Below, piece after piece: positions 8,702 through 18,405 of a stretch of 64,000 bases of DNA. Below the pieces are notes generated by a model. The model saw only the letters and a program-made list of their open reading frames with translations. It had not been told where the DNA came from and made no database searches. Position 1 is the first letter of the stretch, and every line of letters starts with the position of its first letter. Position numbers and translations under genes: made by a program. This stretch comes from Candidatus Bathyarchaeota archaeon (GTDB taxonomy: Archaea; Thermoproteota; Bathyarchaeia; Bathyarchaeales; DTEX01), in NCBI GenBank assembly GCA_963714275.1, contig CAVQNT010000006.1, positions 64,001 to 128,000 of the forward strand, given 5' to 3'.

Positions 8702-9409
8702 TTGCCACTATATAGGATTCAAAGGGATGATGTGTTGCGTAAAGAAGAGATAGATAGTCTCTTGAATCAATGCACACAAAACTTAATTGATGGAAAAAAA
8801 GTAATTGAAAAAGAGTATGGATTATTTCCTATCAAGTTTAGCCCACCAATGATTCAATGTTTCATTGCACTTGAATGGCTGTTTGGCAAACGGATAAGGG
8901 AAACATTAAGGCTTAGGCGTCAAGATGTTTATTGGGATGATGAATACCTTTGTGTCAACTTCACTGTCCAAAAGAAGAAGAATAGAAAGGCAACTTCAGC
9001 ACCACAGAGGACTTTAAAGAAAATATCATTAAGCAATCCTTACACACGATATATCATTGACTACGTTTCCACAATAACTGATGGATGGATATTCAAGGGT
9101 GCAAAGGGAAGGCGTGAGAAAACAGTATATTGGAAAGATGATGAGGGGAAAATAATAAAGTCCTATCATTATGTTGATGAGGATGAGGGGCGTTTATCTC
9201 AGGAGTATGCCTTACAGATTTTAAAAGCATTGGATATGAACATTTGTTGCCATCTTTTCCGTCACAGTTTAGCAACACTAATGGCTGAACATGAAGCAAC
9301 CCAAGAAGATTTAATGAATTGGTTCGATTGGGACCGGGTTGATACAGCTCATAATTATGTTAGGGGTGGACCAAGGATGACAAAGAAGTGGAGTGACAGA
9401 ACATGGTAA
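8702..9409 (+). CDS. Tyrosine recombinase/integrase, catalytic domain only
   Basis: GKRIRE (Arg), VQKK (Lys), HLFRH, FDW (Trp in place of His), HNYV (Tyr). Confidence 0.9.
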   Translation: MPLYRIQRDDVLRKEEIDSLLNQCTQNLIDGKKVIEKEYGLFPIKFSPPMIQCFIALEWLFGKRIRETLRLRRQDVYWDDEYLCVNFTVQKKKNRKATSAPQRTLKKISLSNPYTRYIIDYVSTITDGWIFKGAKGRREKTVYWKDDEGKIIKSYHYVDEDEGRLSQEYALQILKALDMNICCHLFRHSLATLMAEHEATQEDLMNWFDWDRVDTAHNYVRGGPRMTKKWSDRTW

Positions 9410-9426
9410 GGGAGGTGACTTGAGCA

Positions 9427-9639
9427 ATGAATAAAATATCAAAATGGAGTAGATTAGATTATTATTTCCATGAGAATTGGTTCCATAAATACATCCATAG
9501 AAAACTAAGAGGTGAGGATGTTAAGCTGGCAAGACAACTCCTGAAGCAACATCCAGATTGGAGTAAGAGAGAATGTGTGGAGCAGGCTACATCAATGATG
9601 CTTAGGAAGAGGGCTGAAGAAAAGTTGGAGAGAGTTTAA
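9427..9639 (+). CDS. Small helical protein with HPDWS motif, paralog 1
   Basis: Shine-Dalgarno GGAGGTGA at 9411-9418; similar to the next ORF. Confidence 0.7.
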   Translation: MNKISKWSRLDYYFHENWFHKYIHRKLRGEDVKLARQLLKQHPDWSKRECVEQATSMMLRKRAEEKLERV

Positions 9640-9670
9640 AGGAGGTGATAAAGAATGAATAAGCTCTTTT

Positions 9671-9823
9671 ATGAAACTACAGGAGTATGTCCACAATAAA
9701 GAGGCAGAGGAAAAAATCAAATTAACACAGAAACTGAAGAAGGAGCACCCTGATTGGAGTGATGACGCAATCTGGGTAGCAGCTACAATGAAGGTCAATG
9801 AGTGGAGAATGGAAAGACTTTAA
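9671..9823 (+). CDS. Small helical protein with HPDWS motif, paralog 2; not in the ORF track; true start possibly 9655 with an indel
   Basis: MKLQEYVHNKEAEEKIKLTQKLKKEHPDWSDDAIWVAATMKVNEWRMERL. Shine-Dalgarno GGAGGTGA at 9641-9648. Confidence 0.7.
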   Translation: MKLQEYVHNKEAEEKIKLTQKLKKEHPDWSDDAIWVAATMKVNEWRMERL

Positions 9824-10193
9824 CATATTAAGTAAAATTGGTGTGGATAGCGAATATTTGGAATCTTCGAACGTCCCAAATGTTCGGTAACATGTCTAGA
9901 CTTGGAATCTGGACTATAAAATAAAAAAAATTCTATCTATTTTAATGAACAATGATTGAATATAATGTTAGAACTATATTTTTTGGCCAGTTTGAGCAAT
10001 TGAGTTGATGTGATACAACAATAATGAGCCTAAAACCAGTGATAGTGATGTGATAAATCTCGTTGTATTCATAGAGTATTGAAAAAGTGTGTAGATATTC
10101 ACATAGTAGGATAAAGAACCTTGTAAATGAAGATTAGGTATTGAAACAGATGATGATACTATAAGGGCTGTCGCCCTTTAACCTAACCCTGAA

Positions 10194-10970
10194 TCATGTC
10201 AAATCCTCATAAAAATAGCGAAAGTCAGGACGCCAGAAATTGTGAAATGGTTTCAAACCAAACACCTTATCAACGTTAAAGATTTTAATATCCCTCAAGT
10301 AAATTTGCATCAACCTTAACCATCTAGGCACATGAATCACTTGTTTTCTACCCATCATACAAACTTTTTCAGTTCGTTTACCATCAGCAACTATGAAATA
10401 ATTAGCCTTTCTCCAAACTGCAATGTACTTGTAATGACCTTGTAACTCAAAATCAATACCAACGTCCTTTGTGACTTTTTCTGATATTTCCTTAGCCAAA
10501 TCATTTGTTATTCCACTAACGTAAAGGCTATCAGTGTGACCAAGTAAGACCTTGCCATTGTTCTCTTTGATTATCCTTACGATATCTTGTATAACACCCT
10601 CTGTAATCTCGGAAATTTGCCCACCCATGTTAACCATAATGATGTTAAGGTTGTAACATTCAATCATTTGGGCTCTTGTCAAGTTTCCATTGTGGAAGAT
10701 AATTTTGATTGCATCTGGATACATAAGAAGTTCATTTATTGTTATATCCCATCTCTCTGGGCTGGCATAACTATACCTTGCCCAATTCCATACTTGACCA
10801 ACAATGAGCTTATCTCCCGCCCACGCAAATAGGTCAACACCAGCCTCCCAGACTTTGTGTACTTGGACGTTATACCCTAATATGGCAATAACAATTGCAG
10901 ACTACTCTCTCCCCAATACTGCCTGTGTACAAATTATGATACATTTTTTTGGGATAGGAAGGTAACTCAT
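10194..10970 (-). pseudogene. Nuclease-like domain fused to a family B DNA polymerase palm fragment; in-frame TAG at codon 23
   Basis: ATG at 10970 is in frame with the 10194..10724 ORF except for TAG at 10902-10904. Reads GYNV..GVDLFA..IVGQVWNW, then KVLLGHTDSLYV...FELQGHY...RKANY. Confidence 0.6.
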
Positions 10971-11266
10971 TTTTAAGTGTGTCTTCAATAGATGATGTCT
11001 CTATTATTTGGTTTTTATACATTCATTTTTCATCAACTAGTGATTGTACTTTTGTAAGAGGTCACTTATATTGTTTTTGTATATAACTTTACTTATAATC
11101 CGTATAGTTGATGTATTTTCCGTATAGTTCCACAATATTTCAAAAATTTTATAGAGAAAGACAAAAGGAAGTCTACTTTTAGGACTAGGCATAATCGCTC
11201 TGACCTACAGCGCGCGCTAGCAGGACAAATTTCTTTAACTATTAAGAAACTGAAAAAATTGGGAGA

Positions 11267-11437
11267 TTAGATAATGGCTTTTTCCTTAAGGTATTCGCGA
11301 ATGCAGAAGTTCAAAAAGCCCGTTAAGCTCCTTACCCCATTCTTTAACTTTAGTTCTTCCTTGTGTTCATCATAATATTTTCTCGCTCGCTCATAGATCT
11401 CGTCTGGAACTACGATAGGTCTCCAACCATTAGCCAT
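11267..11437 (-). CDS. Small ribbon-helix-helix-type DNA-binding protein (56 aa), not in the ORF track
   Basis: MANGWRPIVVPDEIYERARKYY...GVRSLTGFLNFCIREYL; GGTGGT Shine-Dalgarno-like sequence upstream. Confidence 0.7.
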   Translation of the reverse strand: MANGWRPIVVPDEIYERARKYYDEHKEELKLKNGVRSLTGFLNFCIREYLKEKAII

Positions 11438-11673
11438 TTATGACCACCACCTTGTTTCAATAAAGATACTACTGCTCATAGTATCGAAACTAATTAAGGT
11501 TCGGAACGAATTTTATAAGCCTTTTTGTTACTAGAAGAATTAGCATTAAAGACTTTCCCCACTCAGCATAAGGAATCAGAACAGGTTTAGATACTCTAGA
11601 AACGTTCATATGTGCGTGAGCTAGACGACTTATTACATTAATTAATAATACATAGTAAACTAACTGTTTGTTT

Positions 11674-12727
11674 CTATATTTTGCAGGCTATTGACCGTTG
11701 TTCTTTTGCTGACTTTAGAGCTGTCTCGGCGACAGCAACCATCCTTTTTACGTTTTCAGGTTTTACCGCAAGCTCCTTCCCGTCGACAAGGTGGCCAGCC
11801 ACGTTCTTGTAAAATTGTTTCCAGTCTCCGCGGATGGTTTGGATTCGCGTTTCTGATATGACTCCGTCTTTAACCGTCCGCACCAAAGGGTAGTTTTCAG
11901 GACTCTCCATCGCTGCATCGATGTTTCCCTTGTTCATCGCTTGCTCCTGAGGGTCAACTCCTGTTTTGGTGAGAGCGCCTAATGTTCCCAGAATGTACCA
12001 TCGAGGTCTGTTAATCCTCGCCATGTCGCCTAGTTCAACGCTGTATGTGAGACCATTTTCAAAATGTATATGGCATTTTATGTAGTTTTCAATGTCGATT
12101 TCTTTTCTCCGCCTAACTGAGAAACAGTAAACACGGTCAACTGGAACCTTGCCTATCTGGATAGCGTGGTCGATCAGGTGGGCTCCCCAATCGTAAAGGG
12201 GTCCCCCGCCCAACTCTTTGACACTTCGCCACCTTGACGGGTCAAACTTTTCGTTGTACCACATTATAGATTCCTCGACAAGGAACGGTTCGCCGAGGAG
12301 ACCTTCGTCAAGAATTTTCCTCACGGTCAAGTAGTCTCCGTCCCACCGTCTGTTGTGGAACACAGTAAGCATGACATTGTTTCTTTTGCTTACCTCAATC
12401 ATGGCGTCGGCTTCAAGCGCGTTCATGCACATGATTTTCTCCACAACAACATGCTTGCCAGCTTCCATGGCTTTTATTGACAATTCGGAGTGCGTGTTGT
12501 GAGGCGTAGCCACAACGACGAGATGAATATTCTTCGTCCTTCAACATGTTGTCAACGTCACTGAAGGTCTTCACGCCATACTCCTTCTCAGCCTGCTTCC
12601 TTCTCTCAGGATTTCGAACGCACACTGCGTAAAGCTTCAGCCGTTTCTCGAGACTAATCAGGTACGAATGAAAGTTCCTTCCCGAATACCCGTACCCTAT
12701 TATGCCGACATTTATTGGCGGTTCCAT
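11674..12727 (-). CDS. Gfo/Idh/MocA-family oxidoreductase; frameshift near 12520
   Basis: GIIGYGYSG, ATPHNTH, GKHVVVEK, FHNRRWD, GGGPLYDWGAH. Confidence 0.9.
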
Positions 12728-12738
12728 TTCTTTTCCTC

Positions 12739-14123
12739 CTAAACCATGACCGTCTCTATACCGAGGAACTTGCAAGCGTCTGACAAAGGCTTGCGTGTAA
12801 TCTCCGTGAATCATGCTGGCGTGGTGAACAAACCCCCCTTCAACTAAAGTTCGGTATAATTTATCAAGGTCAGGGACTTTAACCCAGCTTCCAGTCTGCG
12901 GAACTGGCTCATCTGCTATGACTTCGCCCTTTGTAACGAGGAGCTTAAACATTCCGTCGTACTCAACTAAACGGCAAATCGTGACCATGCCCGTCTTCAG
13001 CTTGAATGAGCCTTGCCCAATGCTGGTTACTTGAACTTTGCAGCCTTCACAAGCAAGGGTTGGAGGCGCATTTCCGCAGTGCCAAGCCAAAAAAACGTCT
13101 TTAAGGGTTGGGTGCTGAACAGTCCAGTCGATGAAGTGCGGAATCGAAGACTGCAAAGTTACGAGATACTGCAGAACCATCGAAAGCGCACCGTAAACAT
13201 CAGCTTCGCACGAGGACATGACCCCTTGATCCGTCAGCCGCCCCATCGTATGGCATGGCAAAACGCCGTAGGATCTGATCGTCGTAGGCCAGCATCTTAT
13301 GCCCATTCCCGCCAGTTTTCTTTCCTTAGCGAATCTGCGAAGCGCGCACTCAAGCCTCGCCATCTTTTCCAGAACGCCTTTACCTAAACTCGATGTCTCG
13401 GATTGGCTGCCGATTTCCCGAATTGTTTCTTGCAGTTCAGAATCGTTTTCAGGTATTTCGTTAGCCGCGAAGAATATGTCCGCGGACGAGACAGGGACAA
13501 CTCTTTGCTCGAACTCTTTCAGCAAGGCAACCTCGTTGAACGCGCAGGTCTCGAACCTTTCAGGTCTAGGACCAACCAGACCAATTTTTGCGCCACGGAA
13601 GCCATCAACAACGTTACAAACGTGCACAAAATTCAGCGCAGAGTCTTTGAAGGCGGGTTCTTCAGGTAGGCAGACTCCTGCGAACAGGAAAGGAAGGTTT
13701 CTTCGATGCAGTCCTGAAGATATGGACAGTGTTCCGCAAAAGGAGTCGCGCCTGTCTCTTCCAGTTACGGTTGGTTCCTCCTTAACGGCAAAAAGCAGTT
13801 TGGGGCATTTCGGAAACGCTGACGCCACTGATACAGGCTGAGATTTCGTCACCGAAGTTCATGGCTCCAATTATTATCCCCTTAATCTTTACTTGTTTGA
13901 ACAGTTCAATGGTTTTTTCCGCGTCCTCATCGTCTCGGACAAGACCGTTACGGGCTAATTTTTCATCTGGGGCAACGATTTCCAAATCCTCAATACTGGA
14001 TAGAACTTTCAACGTTCGGTTCCGCATGTCGCATGAGATGTCGTCTCTGAACATCGCCCGATGCGACGGAATAAAACCAATTTTTACGTTCTTCAAATCA
14101 GTTGTCCTCCGAGACAGAATCAA
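12739..14123 (-). CDS. L-fucose/L-arabinose isomerase-family protein; frameshifts near 13850 and 12780
   Basis: NFGDE, RRDSFCG, IRCWP, SCEADVYG, WHCGNAP, GFVHH. Confidence 0.85.
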
Positions 14124-14234
14124 AGATATTATACATATATGATGCCTATTATTGCCTTTAAAGTTTCATAAACAATTGCAAGTGTAAAAATAGTGTTGCC
14201 TTTTTTCACCAGAAGGTAATTGAAGGCTAAAATG

Positions 14235-15017
14235 CTATTCCAGTTCCTTAAAAGCCTTTTCAACACTGCAGTCTTCGTGAATAACCCTATAAACAGCCTT
14301 ACAAATCTTTCTTGGACTGGCGTGCTGAGTTATCCTTCTTCCAAAAGCCGAGCCTGATGCTCCGTTGTCAATCGCGCCCCTAATCATCTCAAGAGTCTCC
14401 TTGTCCGTTGTCGCAGGACCGCCCGCTATGATAACTGGTACAGGGCATGCCTTCGTGGCTTCAATGAAAACTTGGGGGTCACCGTATATCTTCACGATGT
14501 CTGCTCCCAACGAAACCGCTTGCCTTACAGCAATCTTCAAAATTTCAGGTCGCGAATCTTTCTCGCCTTTCTCCATCGGAACAGGCTCGAAGAGGAACGG
14601 TATTCCCCTTCTGTCGCACTCATCAGCTATCTCTGTCACCTTAATTGTTGGGAGCTCTCTGAACGGACCGAAATAGTGAACCTTCACGCCGTCCGCTCCT
14701 ATCTTGGACGCTAATTTCACTAACCATGGAGCTTCAACAGGAATAGTCAGCATGAAAGGAAGCTTGCCGACGATGTGTTTATAGTACTGCTTCAGGATTC
14801 CATAAGTTACTAGTACAGCGTCAGCTCCGCCAGCTACTACATCATCGAACACTTCGTTCCATGGTCTATCCCACAAAGCCTCCATGGGAACAATAAGCGT
14901 CCTTCCGTCTGGCTTGAGAATTCTTCCCAATCTTACACTTTTACCTATGTTGCTCAGATGCATTCCTCTCTTTACATTGCTCATTTCTTGAACAGCTTCT
15001 CGTATAAAGTTTTTCAC
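14235..15017 (-). CDS. Class I aldolase, DhnA/FbaB/LsrF family
   Basis: GKSVRLGRI..DGRTLIV, LGADIVK (Schiff-base Lys), PVPVIIAGGP, FGRRI. Confidence 0.85.
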   Translation of the reverse strand: MKNFIREAVQEMSNVKRGMHLSNIGKSVRLGRILKPDGRTLIVPMEALWDRPWNEVFDDVVAGGADAVLVTYGILKQYYKHIVGKLPFMLTIPVEAPWLVKLASKIGADGVKVHYFGPFRELPTIKVTEIADECDRRGIPFLFEPVPMEKGEKDSRPEILKIAVRQAVSLGADIVKIYGDPQVFIEATKACPVPVIIAGGPATTDKETLEMIRGAIDNGASGSAFGRRITQHASPRKICKAVYRVIHEDCSVEKAFKELE

Positions 15018-15029
15018 AAACCATTATAA

Positions 15030-15926
15030 TTAAGGATTCTGGTGTTCCTCAATGAAGGTTAAAACTTCCTCAAGTGTCGGAATCCCCGCTCTTCCGCCAA
15101 GTTTCGTGCATTTCAAAGCTGAAACCGCGCTGGCGAACTCGGCGGTTTTCTGGACATCCCATCCTTGAATGATTCCATAAGCGAAGGCGCCGTGAAAAAC
15201 GTCCCCTGCACCTGTGGTGTCAACAACCTTGACTTTGAAGGCTTTCTGCCTGACTATTTTTCCTTCAGTTTTATATATGCTGCCTTTGGAGCCTAACGTA
15301 ATTCCGACTATTCTGTACCCGTTCTTTGACAGTTTTTCAACAGCCTTAAGCGAGTCATTCGTATTCGTCACTGCGTAGGCGTGTTCCTCTCCGCAAATAG
15401 CTATGTCAACGAACCTTTCTAATCCACCAGTTGCCAACCCATCAACCAAAACGGGTATGCTTGCTTCCTTCGCCATCTTCGCTGCCTCGACCATTACGTG
15501 TCCGCCGCCAGCGAGAAACACCATTTTCGAATTAAAAACATACTCTTTTTCAGCCTCTGCCAATTTCGGCGGTGGCAGGTTTGAAGGGAGGATCATGAAA
15601 ACTCTTTCGCCTGTTTCGACTTCAACTAAGACTACGACGCATGGGCTTGTGGTTCCCTTTTCCACAACAATGTGGCTGGTGTCCACACCATATTTTTTGT
15701 ATTCGCTCAGAATCACGTTTCCCCAATGGTCATCGCCCACGTTCCCCACGTACCCGACTTTTGCACCAAGTTTAGCCATCGCGACAAGCCCTGTTGAGAC
15801 GGGTCCTCCTCCTTGAATGTCGAAGTTCAGCACCTGCGTATGGCGGTGTTCCTTAAAGGACGGCATGTTCTTTATACGCAGAAGAAGATCGACGCAATGA
15901 AAACCTAAGCCGACACAGTCAAGCAT
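15030..15926 (-). CDS. PfkB-family carbohydrate kinase
   Basis: GGGP..KLG, VGDD..G, VVDTTGAGDVFHG. Confidence 0.92.
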   Translation of the reverse strand: MLDCVGLGFHCVDLLLRIKNMPSFKEHRHTQVLNFDIQGGGPVSTGLVAMAKLGAKVGYVGNVGDDHWGNVILSEYKKYGVDTSHIVVEKGTTSPCVVVLVEVETGERVFMILPSNLPPPKLAEAEKEYVFNSKMVFLAGGGHVMVEAAKMAKEASIPVLVDGLATGGLERFVDIAICGEEHAYAVTNTNDSLKAVEKLSKNGYRIVGITLGSKGSIYKTEGKIVRQKAFKVKVVDTTGAGDVFHGAFAYGIIQGWDVQKTAEFASAVSALKCTKLGGRAGIPTLEEVLTFIEEHQNP

Positions 15927-16109
15927 GTTCTATCCACAGCGTTCTTCTCGTTTAAGCTAATATTTTTATTCTTTTACATAGTAAATATTAGTGATTCTTC
16001 GGATTTTAGGTAACCTCTTGATAAGCATTTCCGCTTTAACTAAAGATAAAAATTCCTGACTCAAACATGGAAATAAAGATTTTTCATACCTCAATGAATG
16101 AACGTTTCC

Positions 16110-16320
16110 AATGTTTGCGCCCCAAAACAACAGAACAAATGCGCCGCAAAACAAGACAGGTCTTCACAGATGATAGCTATTGTCATGCAAACTGAAAACC
16201 GAATATTACATAAATCAGAACAGGTCTAAAACGATACCGTTGTCGTTCAAAAAGCAAATTCAGATGATGAACAAATCAGACCAGCCAGAAACGCAACAAA
16301 TCGATGCACTGTCAAAAATC
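16110..16320 (-). repeat. Dispersed intergenic element, copy A
   Basis: Its reverse complement aligns collinearly with 41354-41540. Exact shared blocks: 16118-16137 with 41509-41528 (20 nt) and 16156-16171 with 41475-41490 (16 nt). Confidence 0.85.
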
Positions 16321-16345
16321 CCATATATTGAAACCTATTCTTCTT

Positions 16346-17053
16346 TCACACAGAAACCTTGAACAACAAGGCGTGTCCAGTTTTTCCAGTCACCTGTAAG
16401 GCACCCATTTCGCGGAGAGAGTAAGTCATCCGCCTTGCCAGACGCAACGAGATTCCGAGGCACTCAGCAAGCTGCTTACTCGTGAAAGGTTGAGCCAAAG
16501 CGTCAGGCAGAAAGCAAAGAAAGTCATTGACGCACCTGAAAATGGTGCTGTCAACCACTTTTTTAAGGTTATGGTCTTTTATGCTGACTCCTCGCCGTCG
16601 CCAGCTTCCGCGACCATCGTTGCAACGAATCTCTTCTTCCTCAACCATAAGGACTTCCAGCTCGAAATTCTCTTCCTTAACGAGCCGTGGAATCCGAACC
16701 AGCTCGTCGAATACGTCAATTAACATGCCCTTTTTTGGAGAAAGCCTCCGTTTCATTGGGCTTCCTCTGGTTTTGTCAACATAAACGATCCTTTTACGCT
16801 CAGCGATCGGGTAAACCAGGCGTACACGGTGCTTCTCGACTAGGCTGCAAAGTTTCTCTCGGATAGCTGAGAAATTTCGGGTTTGGACCTCAATCAAAAG
16901 ATCGTCGCGAACAATGTCCACAATGAAGCCGTCCACTTCAACCTCGAACTTGTCTCCTGGCATGGCAATCCAGTTTTTGACTGCTGAATGTAATGACCTT
17001 TCGTTCCCAAAGCTGGCGATGTTCAAAGCCAAAGTCCACACTTGTCTGCGCAT
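16346..17053 (-). CDS. Conserved hypothetical protein, restriction endonuclease-like fold with C-terminal HTH
   Basis: NERSLH, VDIVRDDLLIEVQTRNF, PFTSKQLAECLG. Confidence 0.7.
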   Translation of the reverse strand: MRRQVWTLALNIASFGNERSLHSAVKNWIAMPGDKFEVEVDGFIVDIVRDDLLIEVQTRNFSAIREKLCSLVEKHRVRLVYPIAERKRIVYVDKTRGSPMKRRLSPKKGMLIDVFDELVRIPRLVKEENFELEVLMVEEEEIRCNDGRGSWRRRGVSIKDHNLKKVVDSTIFRCVNDFLCFLPDALAQPFTSKQLAECLGISLRLARRMTYSLREMGALQVTGKTGHALLFKVSV

Positions 17054-17225
17054 TCAACCTAGTTGAGGATACTTAAAACTCACAAAATATGAAGGTTACT
17101 AATATACAGGCATATACAATAGATTAGATAAGTTTAAATTGTCAATCCTCATTCATTCATTGAAAACCAAAAAATAACCTTAATCCAACCTGACAAAAAA
17201 TTACATCAAAAAGGTCATCATTTGG

Positions 17226-17894
17226 GTGAAAGACTTGAGCAGACGGAAACGAGGAGCACCACGCAAAGAAGACAGAACGAAAAGGCTTCAGGAATGGAAG
17301 CCACGTACACAACTTGGCAGGCTAGTCGTAGAAGGCAAAATTAATTCGCTGGAAGAAAGCTTCGCCGAAGGCATGAAGATCCGCGAATCCCAGATAGTGG
17401 ACATGCTTCTTCCAAACATAGAAGAAGAAGTCATTAACGTAAGCCTAGTTCAGAAACAATCCGACGCTGGCGAAAAATCAAGGTTCAAAGCCATAGTTGT
17501 TGTCGGAAACCGAGACGGATACCTTGGATTAGGCGCAGGGAAAGCCACCCAAGTTCGAAATGCAATTGAGAAGGCATCTGTTGACGCCCGGCTTAACATA
17601 ACAATTGTTAGAAGAGGATGCGGAAGCTGGGAATGCGGATGCGGACTACCTCACAGCCTACCATTCGAAACTGTTGGTAAACGAGGCTCAGTTAGAGTTA
17701 AAATCATTCCTGGTCCAAGAGGTTTAGGACTGGTCGCAAGTGAAGGCGCTAAATCAATCCTTAAACTCGCAGGAGTAAGAGACTGCTGGACAAAAAGTTA
17801 CGGTTCAACAAGAACGGTTCCTAGCTTCGCCTACGCGGTTTTTGATGCGCTCAAAAAAACTTTTGAAATGGTCACGCCAAAAGATTGGGTGTAA
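17226..17894 (+). CDS. rpsE: 30S ribosomal protein uS5
   Basis: WKPRTQLGRLV, VQKQSDAGE, RRGCGSWEC, PGPRGLGLVA. Confidence 0.97.
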   Translation: MKDLSRRKRGAPRKEDRTKRLQEWKPRTQLGRLVVEGKINSLEESFAEGMKIRESQIVDMLLPNIEEEVINVSLVQKQSDAGEKSRFKAIVVVGNRDGYLGLGAGKATQVRNAIEKASVDARLNITIVRRGCGSWECGCGLPHSLPFETVGKRGSVRVKIIPGPRGLGLVASEGAKSILKLAGVRDCWTKSYGSTRTVPSFAYAVFDALKKTFEMVTPKDWV

Positions 17895-17899
17895 CATAA

Positions 17900-18381
17900 A
17901 TGGAAAAAGCTCAAAAATGTTTGGCTGTCATCCGAATTCGCGGCACAATCGACTTAAGGGGCGAAACCAACGACACAATGAAGATGTTGAATCTGAACTA
18001 TAACTGTAACGCCACTCTCATTGATGACCGACCAAAGCTACTTAGGCATGCTGCATAAAGCGCAAAGTTACATTGCGTGGGGAGAGCCAACGGTTGAAAT
18101 AATCACTCAGACTTTTAAAGGCAAGGGGCAGAACCAAAGGCAACAGGAAACTCACGGACGAATATACCCAGCAACTTGGGTACGAAACCGTGGAAAAGCT
18201 CGCAGAAGCTTTACATGGAAACAAGGTTGAGCTTAAAAACCTTAAAGACGTGAAACCTGTCTTCCGCCTTCATCCCCCAAAAAAAGGATACAAAAAAACT
18301 GTCAAAAAAAGCTTCCAAGCAGGCGGAGAAACTGGGTATCGGGGAGAAGCTATAAATGAACTCATTAAACGCATGACCTGA
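17900..18381 (+). CDS. rpl30p: 50S ribosomal protein uL30, archaeal long form; frameshifted
   Basis: LAVIRIRG...YIAWGE...VFRLHPPKKG...GYRGEAINELIKRM. Confidence 0.93.
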
Positions 18382-18405
18382 AATGATTGAAAGAGGAATT
18401 ATGGA

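Larger units (their letters stand above)
1..11450. mobile_element. Integrated archaeal virus or capsid-encoding element with an HK97-type head module, cargo and tyrosine integrase; left end lies outside the window, right end approximate
   Basis: Collinear portal-protease-scaffold-decoration-capsid genes, an integrase at 8702, AT-rich orphan ORFs, then a switch to host metabolic genes at about 11.67 kb. No att repeat could be confirmed. Confidence 0.85.

Noticed and set aside
10902-10904. Pyrrolysine or genome-wide TAG readthrough
   Set aside because: TAG ends many genes at their expected C-termini (pilin, adk, aldolase, permease), and no pyl genes are present in the window.
12413-13852. Apparent isomerase-oxidoreductase fusion in the ORF track
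   Set aside because: An indel near 12780 bypasses the isomerase stop at 12739-12741. The oxidoreductase has its own Shine-Dalgarno sequence and ATG at 12727.
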